This document shows, one piece after another, positions 41,533 through 51,931 of a DNA stretch of 64,000 nucleotides; position 1 is the first letter of the stretch, and each line of letters opens with the position of its first letter. The stretch covers positions 1 through 64,000 of the forward strand of contig CAWDNU010000003.1 of assembly GCA_963803705.1 (NCBI GenBank), given 5' to 3'. The DNA is from an uncultured Pseudobdellovibrionaceae bacterium. Its GTDB lineage: Bacteria; Bdellovibrionota; Bdellovibrionia; Bdellovibrionales; UBA1609. Below the pieces are notes generated by a model. That model was not told the DNA's origin, made no database searches, and saw only the letters and a list, made by a program, of their open reading frames with translations. The position numbers and the translations under genes are program-made.

Positions 41533-42777
41533 ATGCACTCAAAAATTAAGAATACACAACCATTAAGTTTATTTTTTTTATTATACTTTTTTGAAGGCGC
41601 CCCGATGGGTCTGATCTGGTGGACTATTCCAGCCATATTAGCATCCCAAGGTTTTAGCGTTGAAGAGATCGCAACGCTTGCAGCTACGGCTACTATTCCC
41701 TGGTCAATTAAGTTTATTTTGGGTCCAGTAACAGATAGATATGTCACCTCAGTTAGACAGCATGCTTGGACTATTGCGGTTTTACAAATCGGTATGGCAC
41801 TAGGAATTACAAGTTTACTGATCGTTTCGATGGAAAGCTCACTAGTTCTTTGGTGTGTGCTCTTAATCTCTGTTTTTAGTGCTTCGCAAGATGTTGTAAT
41901 AGATGCATGGGCTATTGCATCCATACCTGCAGATCAAAAAGGTAAGGCAAACGGTGCTATGCAAGCCGGGATGTTAACTGGCAGGTGGCTTTTTGGGGCA
42001 GGTCTTTTGGTCGCATTAGCTTATATTGAATACGACCAAGCGCTCTATATTTTGATTGGGCTAACTACATTGTCCATCTGTTTTCTTTTTATAAACTTTA
42101 GAAGTCAGGCACAGGTTATTTCACCTACTAAAAATACGCTAAGCTTTAAATCTTTTAAATTTATTATTGAAAAAAAGTATATTATTCTGGCCTTTGTTGC
42201 ACTAACTACTGGCTTCACGTTAGAAGGATTTACATCTGTAATTAGCCCTTTTTTAATCAATTATGGTCTTGATATAGGCCAAACTGGTTGGGTGCTGTCT
42301 TTGACGTTACTTGCGATGCTTACTGGTTCTGTGGGCGGTGGTCTAGTAGTTGATTGGGTAGGTGATACCTTCAGTTTTTATTTATCTGGACTTCTACTTG
42401 CTGCTTCGGTGCTATTGGCTGGATTAGCGTTTAATCTTTCGGTTGTTTTCTTTGTAATTTCAGTACTTTCTTCTTACGTTTTTGTAGGCTTTTTTACAGC
42501 CAGTTCATACACCTACTACATGAACAAAAGTAAGGGGCATATGGAGGCCAGTAAATTTACGTTCCTGATGGCCATAACAAACTTATGTGAGGTCGTGGCG
42601 GTCTTCAGTATGGGGAAAATGATCACTCAATTGGATTTGACCTACTTCACCAGTTTTTTAGTGTGCACGGCGATCGGTCTAATGGGTTTATTACTTGTTA
42701 AAAATCAAAACTCCAAACAGGAACGCTTAGACTTTATGTCCGGACTAAACAAGTCTGGTCACATAGGCGAACCTTAA
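41533..42777 (+). CDS. MFS transporter (AmpG-like); C-terminus reads into the inserted element
   Basis: PWSIKFILGPVTD, SASQDVVIDAWAI; about 12 TM. Confidence 0.85.
   Translation: MHSKIKNTQPLSLFFLLYFFEGAPMGLIWWTIPAILASQGFSVEEIATLAATATIPWSIKFILGPVTDRYVTSVRQHAWTIAVLQIGMALGITSLLIVSMESSLVLWCVLLISVFSASQDVVIDAWAIASIPADQKGKANGAMQAGMLTGRWLFGAGLLVALAYIEYDQALYILIGLTTLSICFLFINFRSQAQVISPTKNTLSFKSFKFIIEKKYIILAFVALTTGFTLEGFTSVISPFLINYGLDIGQTGWVLSLTLLAMLTGSVGGGLVVDWVGDTFSFYLSGLLLAASVLLAGLAFNLSVVFFVISVLSSYVFVGFFTASSYTYYMNKSKGHMEASKFTFLMAITNLCEVVAVFSMGKMITQLDLTYFTSFLVCTAIGLMGLLLVKNQNSKQERLDFMSGLNKSGHIGEP
42481..42693 (+). repeat. 213-bp direct repeat, copy 1
   Basis: Identical to 47460-47672 (offset 4,979 bp). 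Confidence 0.95.
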
Positions 42778-43737
42778 AAAATTGAACTCACTAAAACCAT
42801 AGCCTTAAAACAAACCCAAGCTTGCAGACACCTCCATCTTATGGAGCAAGCAAAACCCCTTGGTGGTTACACCTATCCAGCGTCATAGCCCCGAAGACAC
42901 AATCCTTTACAAAATCATCCAAGAAAATCTAGAAACGTTCCTAAAACTTGCAAACGATGAACACAATAAACCCTTACCGGACTTCGTTGAAAAAGAATTT
43001 AGAGAATACTTGAAGTGCGGGATTTTAGCCCACGGGTTTTTGAGGGCTAAATGTGAGTCCTGCCCCAATGAACACTTGGTGGCCTTTTCATGTAAACGTC
43101 GTGGCTTTTGCCCAAGTTGCGGCAGCCCGTCGTATGGCAGAGACCGCCATCCACTTGGTGGATGAAGTTTTACCTGTAAAGCCCATCAGACAATGGGTAT
43201 TTAGCTTTCCCATCCAAATCAGACTTCTACTTGCCATCAGACCTAAGATCATGACGGAGATCTTAAACATCGTGACCAAAACCATTTCACAACATTTATG
43301 TAAAAAAGCGGGTTTCAAAAGAACTTCAAGTAAAACCGGAACTAGTCACTTTAATTCAACGCTTTGGTGGATCTATCAACTTAAATATCCATTTTACGGC
43401 CACATGCAAAGCTGTACAGCTTTGCATCCCGCTGCGAAGACCCAAATGTAATTAAGAAGATCCTATCACATTCAGGACTGCCAACTAAGGCTCCGACCGC
43501 ACTACCTGTAAGAGGAGCACCAGATACATTTGATGAATTCAATCCGTTTTAATGAGTTTCTATAAATTGCAGGCCTTAAAAAAGCCTGAAAGGGCCGTGG
43601 TGCATCTAAAGCACCTATCTTATCGCCAGAAATGCACATCTTAGCCAAAAACTCTTGCCTAAAACCGGATCTAGGGATGAAATTTAAGTGTTAATCGCCT
43701 TAACTTACCAAAAAATGCGGGGTTGATACTTCTTGAT
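42694..43737 (+). mobile_element. Defective IS91/ISCR-family rolling-circle element (ends approximate)
   Basis: Transposase remnant 42841-43551: QRHSPEDT, EYLKCG, CESC, SCKRRGFCPSCG, RQWVFSFP, QRFGGSINLNIHF, then a jump to C-terminal EDPNVIKKIL..GLP; about 3 frameshifts; oriIS-like GGTTGATACTTCTTGAT at 43721-43737. Confidence 0.85.
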
Positions 43738-43758
43738 GGGCTAGAAAATGGCTATTGA

Positions 43759-44414
43759 TTGTCCTGCCCTCATTCTGGCAAGACGGATCCTTTGATGTGT
43801 AATGTTCAGGGCGAAATCAAAGGCTGCCGCGTGGATTGGACAGTAACTTCAGGACTTTTACCTCATAGACAAGTTTGTGAATCTTCAAATAGAAAGTTTA
43901 TTAACCCAATGCTTAAAGGTATGGCCAGAACCTTGGGTCAATCTTGCAATTTAAAAATCAAGTATGCTCGAATGACTGCTAAAGATGATCCTCAAGCTGA
44001 AATGAGATTGGCTAACATGATGAGTCAGTCAAAACTCTGGAATAGGTATTCTAGATCTAAACGCTCTGGGGTTAGAGATAAGAAAGTGGTTAAGTTCCCA
44101 ACAAAATTAATTAAAAAAGTAGTTCAAATTAAAGGTGTTTTTTCTGAATTCACTGAAGCATTAGGTGCCCATGGTTACGACTTTGCAGTTGAAAAAGTAG
44201 AAGTCACAGACTTAAACTCTTTAACTGAAAGCAGACATTTTAAAACTTTAATGAATGTTAAAACTCAAAATAGTTTTATTGTTCCAGAAAACATACGAAT
44301 TGTTTGATTGAATAAAGCCTTTAAAGATGGACAATAACAAAGACTAAGAGTGCCTCAAAAAGTAAATGCTAATAAAAATTTGCAAGAAAGACTTTCTTCT
44401 AAAAAGAAGTTTTA
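43759..44414 (+). pseudogene. Truncated or decayed hypothetical gene
   Basis: No RBS, begins at the IS end; the same frame continues coding-like past stops at 44307 and 44337 to 44414. Confidence 0.4.
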
Positions 44415-44676
44415 GTTAAATTAATAGATTAAGCTAATTGAATCTGATTCGCTTAATCCTCATAATCTTATTATCTCTGTATTTAATTAAATTCCTAAGC
44501 AGAATGCTCTAAAAAGCATTTTAAAATGACAAAATACGTCTTAGTGAAACATAAATCTACATTTCTTGCCTGCTCAAAACGAAACAAATGAATTTAAACC
44601 TGGATTCTGAATTGCAAAAAGTTGACTGAACTAATTACTGAACATAATCCACAATTTAAATTTTTAAGGAGCAAAA

Positions 44677-46044
44677 ATGCAAAGTCGTAAAATAAAATCG
44701 TTAATTCTACTATTAAGTTTATCTTATATAGTTGGATGTAAATCGAGTAGTCCTAATAAAGTAAGGCTAAATGCCAGCGAGATCATCAAAGATGAAACCA
44801 TATCAGTTACAGATAAGGCTGAAAAATTGGCATTAGCTGCAGAGCAGTTGATAAGCCCAAGTGGTATTGATTATGCTGATCAGGTTTTAGATGTAGCCCT
44901 TCAGTTAGATCCAACTAATTTTAGAGCTAATCTGTATAAGAAATTTTTAGCTCCGACTATAAAGCTTAAAGGTGTTATGGCACGAGCCGAAAAAATGATG
45001 ACAACTACTCCTAGCAGTCAGTCTCGCTATAAAGAAGAGTTGATTCATGCAGATTCAATTGGACTTAAAGACTTTTTAGTTTCTGGGGCAGAAAATGATG
45101 TAAAAAATGAAGCTGATGTTCAGTCATTATTAACAGAAGTTTATGACAGTTATAATGAGTTTAGATTATTTTTAAAAAGTAACAAAAATAATGAAATCAC
45201 TTTGAATTTAAACCCACATCTTTGGGAAGCGAAAGTCGAAGATCAATGGGAAAAATGTAAAGTAGAAAAAGTTACTACTCATACTTATGGTTTTCATGAT
45301 CAATATTCATGGGAAGACTATAATTATGATATTTCCAACTGTAAATTTGATGAAGCATTAACTATTAAAGTAAACAGAGCTGATCTTGAAGGTATGCAAC
45401 AAATAGCTTCAGGTATGATGATTTATATGACAGCCTTTTTATCTTATGATCTTTCAGGTTTTATTGATTATAATAAAAAATATGGTAATAAAAATCTAAG
45501 TTCTAATAGAGTTTACAGAGAGCTTTTAAAAAACAAAAAGTTCGGTACTTTAAGATCGAAAAGATTTTTGAACTTAATTCCTGAATTAGGCCTAGATGCA
45601 GTTACAGGTTTAAGATGGGCTTTAAGTATGAATAAAGAACTTTGTAAAAAAGGTCCTTCGGATAAAACAAACAGACCTAACCACGTATTTGAAAGTGGTC
45701 TTTGTGTTGAAAGTTTAAATGACAGTAACTTCACTGGGATTTCTGGTAGTAAAAATGTTTCTGAGCTTATGACAGTTGTAGAAATAGCACTTAAAGGCGG
45801 CGTAATTAATCAAGCTTTTGGTGGTCCCGAGTATGCTTATGATTGGTCTAAAGACGACGATGTTATTGTTGCAGAAGCTTACACAACCGAAATTAAGCCT
45901 ATCGAATTTCTTAAAAATCCTATTGAGGATATTAGAGAATTAGATATTAACTTCAATGGCGTTTCTACAATTAATAAAGTGTCTGATCCTACATTGATGG
46001 GTGTTTTCCCTAATCAAGATTTTAACTATATAATCAACTTGTAA
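44677..46044 (+). CDS. Hypothetical lipoprotein with one TPR-like motif
   Basis: RBS AAGGAG; IVGC lipobox; ALQLDPTNFRANLY. Confidence 0.75.
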   Translation: MQSRKIKSLILLLSLSYIVGCKSSSPNKVRLNASEIIKDETISVTDKAEKLALAAEQLISPSGIDYADQVLDVALQLDPTNFRANLYKKFLAPTIKLKGVMARAEKMMTTTPSSQSRYKEELIHADSIGLKDFLVSGAENDVKNEADVQSLLTEVYDSYNEFRLFLKSNKNNEITLNLNPHLWEAKVEDQWEKCKVEKVTTHTYGFHDQYSWEDYNYDISNCKFDEALTIKVNRADLEGMQQIASGMMIYMTAFLSYDLSGFIDYNKKYGNKNLSSNRVYRELLKNKKFGTLRSKRFLNLIPELGLDAVTGLRWALSMNKELCKKGPSDKTNRPNHVFESGLCVESLNDSNFTGISGSKNVSELMTVVEIALKGGVINQAFGGPEYAYDWSKDDDVIVAEAYTTEIKPIEFLKNPIEDIRELDINFNGVSTINKVSDPTLMGVFPNQDFNYIINL

Positions 46045-46053
46045 AGTTAAGAT

Positions 46054-46446
46054 ATGTCCAATCAAAAAAATCTCAAATCTAAAAGCAAAGCCTTAGTTTC
46101 AGGGCTTTGCTTTTTTGCGTTTTTAATGTCACAAGTGACTTACGCCGCTTTTTTAGGTGGAGAAATTAAAGGATATTCATTTAAGACTTGTTTACAAAAA
46201 TGTTGTGTAATTTTAAAATCAGAGAAAGCTTATTTAGGTAAAATTTTTAAAGGTTATGCTTTTGATCAAGCCACTTTAAAAATTGAATCATTATCAGGTG
46301 AAGCGTTAAAAAGTATAAATTCGAATGATGTTGTTTACGATCTCGATTTAAATCGTATTTTTATGCGTGATTTGATTGCCGGTATTGATGCTGAAGAGCT
46401 TGTTTTTAGCTTTGATACCGAAACTATGGAAGAGTTTAAATGGTAA
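46054..46446 (+). CDS. Hypothetical secreted protein
   Basis: Signal-like segment ending TYA; overlaps the next gene. Confidence 0.55.
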   Translation: MSNQKNLKSKSKALVSGLCFFAFLMSQVTYAAFLGGEIKGYSFKTCLQKCCVILKSEKAYLGKIFKGYAFDQATLKIESLSGEALKSINSNDVVYDLDLNRIFMRDLIAGIDAEELVFSFDTETMEEFKW

Positions 46447-47030
46447 ATAAAATAGTACTTATTATATTTATATGTTTGAATTTTATGGGTTGCACCTTTG
46501 AAAATCGAAAGCCAAACCTTTTAGAACTAGACTTATCCACTTGCAGTGGTTTTCAAAAAAACCAGAAGAAGCAAACTACCTACTGGGGTAAAAATTTTCC
46601 CATTCAATACCAGGTAAGTGATACTGAACTGTCAGAAGCTTCCGAAAAAGCAACTGAAATTTGGAATCAGGCTTTAGGTTTTGAAGCATTTAGAATTTCA
46701 GATTCTCAAAGTTTAAATAAAATTTTATTTCATAAAAATTGGGATGAAAGTTTACTTAACCCAGGGTCAAATATTTTAATTGAATATGATGGAGCAGTGT
46801 ACAGTTCTCAAATTATTTTAAATCAAGAGAATTATGATTTTGGTTTAAATTTAGAAATTAACAAAATTGATTTAATTTCAGTGTTAATCCATGAAATGGG
46901 TCATTCTTTAGGCCTAGCTCATATAGATTCAACGGATTCAATTATGTCTGAAAGCCTCTCAAAAGGGCAAGTTGTCAGGTACATAGGTGATCAAGATATC
47001 ACGAATGTTTTGTGTGCTTACGTCAAATAG
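46440..47030 (+). CDS. Matrixin-like (M10) metzincin lipoprotein
   Basis: FMGC lipobox; HEMGHSLGLAH; Met-turn SIM. Confidence 0.85.
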   Translation: MVNKIVLIIFICLNFMGCTFENRKPNLLELDLSTCSGFQKNQKKQTTYWGKNFPIQYQVSDTELSEASEKATEIWNQALGFEAFRISDSQSLNKILFHKNWDESLLNPGSNILIEYDGAVYSSQIILNQENYDFGLNLEINKIDLISVLIHEMGHSLGLAHIDSTDSIMSESLSKGQVVRYIGDQDITNVLCAYVK

Positions 47031-47164
47031 TTCTATTGTAAACCTTCCAAGCGTGTCAAGTGGTGCTTAAATGACAAAAAAGCCCTTTAAATTTAAAAAG
47101 CATTTTAATAATATTATACTGCTGTCTAGCTCAGACGAAGTTTCACTTCGTCCTGGAGCTTTTC

Positions 47165-47459
47165 CTAATTAAAAACTTTCATCAAAGCTGACTTGCCGTT
47201 GATGCCGACTTGGTAAGCTGAAACACGTCGTTCAAAAAAATTAGCTAGTTCTTGATTGTCTTGTAAGTCCATAAGTGGGAATGGGCTTTTAGAACCAAAG
47301 ACTTTAGGCAAACTTAGCATACCAAGGCGTTGATCCGTGATAAATTCTAGGTAAGTTCTCATGTCTTTAGCAGATGGCACTGCAATCCCAGAACCCAATG
47401 CATCTTCAGCAAATTGCATTTCGCATTCGAAGCTTCTTTTAACATTACAATGACCATGC
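47165..47459 (-). pseudogene. nrdB: 3' fragment of class I ribonucleotide reductase beta subunit
   Basis: E.QFAED, YLEFITDQRL, NFFERRVSAYQ, alternative-frame tail VSFDESF; cut off at the direct repeat. Confidence 0.85.
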
Positions 47460-47672
47460 TTTGTAGGCTTTTTTACAGCCAGTTCATACACCTACTACAT
47501 GAACAAAAGTAAGGGGCATATGGAGGCCAGTAAATTTACGTTCCTGATGGCCATAACAAACTTATGTGAGGTCGTGGCGGTCTTCAGTATGGGGAAAATG
47601 ATCACTCAATTGGATTTGACCTACTTCACCAGTTTTTTAGTGTGCACGGCGATCGGTCTAATGGGTTTATTA
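47460..47672 (+). repeat. 213-bp direct repeat, copy 2, with the probable original MFS C-terminus (to 47717)
   Basis: Identical to 42481-42693, then LILKKCTENHRIINC*. Confidence 0.95.
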
Positions 47673-47797
47673 ATACTAAAAAAATGTACAGAAAACCATA
47701 GGATTATTAATTGCTAACTTTTAATTAACGGGCCAGTTGCATTCAGATAAGCGGCGATTTATACCTTGCTCTGATTAGCTTTAAGCCAGGATACTTA

Positions 47798-48267
47798 ATG
47801 ACCAATAATGACAGTTTAAGAAGTTTACGTTACACGTTTAACCTTGAAGATTCTGAAGTGATCGAGATTTTTTTGAAAGCAGAATGCATCGTAACACGCA
47901 CTCAAGTCAGTGCCTGGCTGAAAAAAGATAGCGATCCCAACTTCGAGTCTATGGACGGCTCTAAATTGGCAAGCTTTCTAAATGGTTTAATTATTAAAAA
48001 TCGCGGTAAAAAAGAGGGGCCAACCCCAAACCCCGAAAAATGGATGAATAACAATCTTATTCTGAAAAAAATTAAGATTGCATTAGACCTTAAAAGTGAT
48101 GACATTAATGCGCTTCTTAAATCCGCGGGTGTCTTTTGAGTGATCACGAGCTTTCGGCGTTTTTTAGAAAACCAGATCACAAAAATTTTAAGAAGTGCCA
48201 AGATCAAGTGTTGCGCTGTTTTTTAAAAGGTTTACAAATAAAATATAGACCAGAAAAACCGAAATAG
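47798..48267 (+). CDS. DUF1456 (YehS) family protein, frameshifted near 48135
   Basis: MTNNDSLRSLRY, FLNGLII..RG, NNLILKK; continues HELSAFFRKPDHKNFKKCQDQVLRCFLKGL in another frame. Confidence 0.8.
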
Positions 48268-48396
48268 AAATAAACCTTTGGTTTTTAATGCGCTAGTCGA
48301 AAGATTTAGAAAGTTGATGCTATCTCTACGAGACCTTAACACCTACTATAAACTCCCAACTTTAAATCTAAGTATTGTAACAGCTGATTACAAGGA

Positions 48397-49803
48397 TTAA
48401 TCGTTTTTAATTTGATTTTTCATAACATTAACTATGGAGTTTCGTCCGTAACGTTTGATTGAGTATAAGTACATAATTGCACCAAAAGAAAACCACACTA
48501 TGATGATGATCCATTCTTTAGGCCAGGAAAGGGCAGAGGGTTTACCTGGCAGAAATAAAAAGCCCATCCCAAGACTCAGCAGCACTGAAAAATAACCCAC
48601 AAGTTTACCGAATTTAACTTTGAAGGGTCTTTCCATTTCAGGTTCCCTAAAACGCAAAATTAGAAACGACAAAGAAACTAAAGTCCATGAAATGATAATC
48701 GCTAGGCCACCTGCATTGACCAACCAAACCATTGCTTTTCTACCGAATAGTGGAGCTAAGGCTGTTAAAAAGCCGATCAGCATGATAGCGCGGGTGGGGG
48801 TATTATATTTAGGATGCAAATGCGAAAAGTATTTTGGCAGCATATTTGAGTGGGCCATGGCGTAGATGGCTCTGCTTGCCCCTAAATAAAATCCATTCCA
48901 ACTTGTTAATATTCCGGCAATTCCAGCTAAAATTAAAAAAGTAGCTGCCCAGTCACTCCGAAATAAAACTCGCATTGAATCCGCAGTGGCTAGATGTGTT
49001 GTTTGTAGCATTTCCATACTTAAGGCTTTTGATACTCCGAAAATTATAAGCACGTACCAAAAAACAGAAAGAACTACAGAAAAAATTAGGACTTTTCCAA
49101 TCTGTTTAAACGGTAGGTTAATCTCTTCTGCTGCTTGGGGTATAACGTCAAAGCCAACAAACATAAATGGGGTCATCACCAGAACAGCAAAATAGCCACC
49201 CCAACTATTTGAAAATAAGGGTTTCATGTTTTCGATATTTGCTGCTGGCGAAAATATCCCCCCCAACATTAATAGAAGCCCTGCGGCTAAAATAAATAAA
49301 ATAAGTACCCATTGTAAAAAAGCAGCGGGCTTTGCACCAAAATAGTTGATTGCGCAAACGAGCAGCGATCCACCTACACCGATTAAAGCCCAGCTTGCGT
49401 AAACATCCCACCCTGCAATCGTCCAAAGAAAACCTGCATTTAAGTTTGGAGCTAAAATGCTTATTACAGTAGGTAAAGCAACAGCTTCAAAAGCTGAAAC
49501 AGACACATAACCTAATATAATTGCCCAGGTGCAAACAAAAGATGCCCCAACCCCAAGGCCACGGTAACTAAAAACGTGTTCACCGCCTACTTTGGGCATC
49601 GCAGACGTTAGCTCTGCGTAGGTTAAGCCGACTAGTGTTACAATTAGGCCACCAGTCAAAAAAGCTAAGATGGCGCCAATCGATCCAGCTTTTAAAATCC
49701 AAGTCTGACTTAATACGACCCAGCCCCATCCAATCATGGCGCCAAAAGATAGAGATAAAACGTCTCTTTTATTTAAAATGCGAGTGAAGTTGTCTTTTGA
49801 CAT
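48397..49803 (-). CDS. APC-family amino acid permease
   Basis: GAMIGWG, YAELTSAMPKVGGE, FVGFD...AAEE, ERPFKV. Confidence 0.9.
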   Translation of the reverse strand: MSKDNFTRILNKRDVLSLSFGAMIGWGWVVLSQTWILKAGSIGAILAFLTGGLIVTLVGLTYAELTSAMPKVGGEHVFSYRGLGVGASFVCTWAIILGYVSVSAFEAVALPTVISILAPNLNAGFLWTIAGWDVYASWALIGVGGSLLVCAINYFGAKPAAFLQWVLILFILAAGLLLMLGGIFSPAANIENMKPLFSNSWGGYFAVLVMTPFMFVGFDVIPQAAEEINLPFKQIGKVLIFSVVLSVFWYVLIIFGVSKALSMEMLQTTHLATADSMRVLFRSDWAATFLILAGIAGILTSWNGFYLGASRAIYAMAHSNMLPKYFSHLHPKYNTPTRAIMLIGFLTALAPLFGRKAMVWLVNAGGLAIIISWTLVSLSFLILRFREPEMERPFKVKFGKLVGYFSVLLSLGMGFLFLPGKPSALSWPKEWIIIIVWFSFGAIMYLYSIKRYGRNSIVNVMKNQIKND

Positions 49804-49990
49804 AGAAGATTAAGCTATCATCATATTTTTTATTACTACAGGTAAATATAAATTTTAAGTCGTGTTTGCAAATTGATTTATAAACTTGCGTCAGCGTAAC
49901 TTTTTAAGCGGAAGCCAGATAAATGGTCTTAAGTTTTTTGCCGAAACCAATTATCCTTGAGTCGTAATCTAAAGCTGGTTATAAAGGCCT

Positions 49991-50422
49991 ATGGATGAGG
50001 TTTATAAACTGGGGCAAAAAGTAGATCTGATCATCCTAAAAGAGACTGACCTTGGGTATGTGGCCAGGATTAATGATGTTCACGAAGGTCTACTTTACCA
50101 TGATGAAATTTTTGAAAGACTAGAGCTTGGACAAGTCGTAACGGGCTTTATTAAGAAAGTGCGGCCTGATGGCGGCATTGACCTATTACTTCAGGCTTTC
50201 GGGAACTTTGGAACAGAAGAGCTTGCTGCTAAGCTTTTAGAAATTTTGAAGGACAATCAAGGTTTCATACCGGTTAATGCAAAATCACCTGCAGAACAGA
50301 TTTATAACATTAGTGGGGTGAGTCGAAAAAAGTTTAAAATGGCAATTGGGCACTTGTATAAAAAGCGTCTTATTAAGTTCACTGATAATGGGACTAAGTT
50401 AATTACTGATAAAATCCAATGA
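49991..50422 (+). CDS. CvfB/YitL-like S1 + winged-helix protein (short form)
   Basis: ETDLGY..GLLY; SRKKFKMAIGHLYK. Confidence 0.75.
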   Translation: MDEVYKLGQKVDLIILKETDLGYVARINDVHEGLLYHDEIFERLELGQVVTGFIKKVRPDGGIDLLLQAFGNFGTEELAAKLLEILKDNQGFIPVNAKSPAEQIYNISGVSRKKFKMAIGHLYKKRLIKFTDNGTKLITDKIQ

Positions 50423-50436
50423 TCTTCAAGGTTGGG

Positions 50437-51000
50437 TTAGATTGGTTCTTGAAGCTTTTCATAGAGCTTAAGACCAATCCAAGCATCTGTAGCAGCATAC
50501 TTAAGTTGTGCTTCAGTTAAGGTTTCCGACTCCCAATTGGTCATCTTAGCCCCTTTAGAAACCGTTCCCTTAAGAATCTCTTCGGACATTCCTTTTAAGC
50601 CAAATTTTTTTAGACCTTTTTGTTTGGCTAAAGTTTGCAATTCAACAAATCCCTGGGGCTGAAATTTAAAAGTTTTTTGTAATGTCATAATATCATCCCG
50701 TATAGCTACGCCAGCTTTTATAACTTTGGGATTTTCAAGCACATCTACTAAAGTTTGGAAGTCAGAAATTTTGTGAAGTCTTATTAAGTAAGCGTCGGTT
50801 TCTGTAGATAGTTGGAATAGGGCTACTTTATAGATTTGCCCTTTTACGAAACTAGGTTTAGTTTCTGTGTCAAAACCTAAGATTTTAGCAGCATTTAAAT
50901 TGGCAGAGATATTGAAGAGTTCCGTATTATTAAGAATTAGATGGATCTGCCCTTGAAAGGAAAGAATTTTCTTTTTAATATTGGTATCTTGATCAGTCAT
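50437..51000 (-). CDS. DEDDy 3'-5' exonuclease (RNase D/WRN-like)
   Basis: GFDTET, YAATDAW. Confidence 0.88.
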   Translation of the reverse strand: MTDQDTNIKKKILSFQGQIHLILNNTELFNISANLNAAKILGFDTETKPSFVKGQIYKVALFQLSTETDAYLIRLHKISDFQTLVDVLENPKVIKAGVAIRDDIMTLQKTFKFQPQGFVELQTLAKQKGLKKFGLKGMSEEILKGTVSKGAKMTNWESETLTEAQLKYAATDAWIGLKLYEKLQEPI

Positions 51001-51134
51001 CAGTTTAGATGAGCTTACTTGAACATTTAAAGTTTTTCACTGAAAAACTGTCTTTAGTTTATTTTAAATTTAGCAGACTTGGATTTTATTCACTTGATAA
51101 TAAAGCTATTTTCTATAACTTTAGAGTAGGCTGT

Positions 51135-51189
51135 TTAGCTTAACTTAGTTTAACTTAGCTTAACTTAGTATAACTTAACTTAACTTAAC
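51135..51189. repeat. Pentamer microsatellite (TTARY) x11
   Basis: TTAGC TTAAC TTAGT TTAAC TTAGC TTAAC TTAGT ATAAC TTAAC TTAAC TTAAC. Confidence 0.85.
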
Positions 51190-51260
51190 ATGGTTGAATC
51201 TGAATTGACTATGCACATTTTTGAACTCGCTCCAAATTACAATTTCAGAGGTATCTATAA

Positions 51261-51716
51261 GTGAAGTCGCAGTCTGATTGTCCAAAAAAGATGACTACAT
51301 ATGTTTTTCAGTATTCATTCACAAAAAATCCGATGAAGGCTGAAAAGATGTGGGCAAAGCTTCAACTAAGAGAGACCTTCGTCAAGAGTCAGCTTTTTCC
51401 TTACAAGGTAGAGTTCGATGCTCCTTCTCAGAAAGGCCCATTTAAAACCGGGGAGCTTAACATTCATCATGGCCCCTTGATGAGCCTGCATGGAATCATC
51501 GGCGAAATTACTGTGACCTACAGGGATTTACAGTATTTTTACGGCTCTTATGTCTTTACCTTTAGATGGATAAGGCCAACCAGGCTAGAATTTTTTAAAG
51601 ACGGTAACCGAATCACTGTTAAGCTTACCTATTTTGTTAAGCCGTGGATCAAACCTCTTTGGGCGGGCTTTAATTGGTTTTTTTGGCGACTATTTTCGAT
51701 CACATTAATTGTTTAG
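51261..51716 (+). CDS. Hypothetical protein
   Basis: 151-aa ORF after GAGG; hydrophobic C-terminus. Confidence 0.6.
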   Translation: MKSQSDCPKKMTTYVFQYSFTKNPMKAEKMWAKLQLRETFVKSQLFPYKVEFDAPSQKGPFKTGELNIHHGPLMSLHGIIGEITVTYRDLQYFYGSYVFTFRWIRPTRLEFFKDGNRITVKLTYFVKPWIKPLWAGFNWFFWRLFSITLIV

Positions 51717-51758
51717 GATCAGTTATTAAAAGCTGTTATAGTTTAGAAATTAGTAAGT

Positions 51759-51883
51759 GGGCCTGTTGAAAAAGCATCATCTTCGTTGTTGCCTTCGCTT
51801 AAATCTCATTCGACGTAGATAAACTACGACTCATTCGATTTTAAGCTTGGACGCCTAGAATCTAATACTTTTTCAACAGGCCC
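51759..51883. mobile_element. 125-bp MITE
   Basis: Perfect 16-bp TIR GGGCCTGTTGAAAAAG / CTTTTTCAACAGGCCC flanked by AAGT on both sides (51755-58, 51884-87). Confidence 0.75.
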
Positions 51884-51931
51884 AAGTGTTTATAGTGGTG
51901 CGAATTTATTAGTTTAAAATTAGGAGAGGCC

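Noticed and set aside
47165..47491. 108-aa ORF as a complete gene
   Set aside because: Its N-terminus is antisense MFS repeat sequence; only the nrdB C-terminal fragment is real
47499..47717. 72-aa ORF as an independent membrane protein
   Set aside because: It is the duplicated 3' end of the MFS gene
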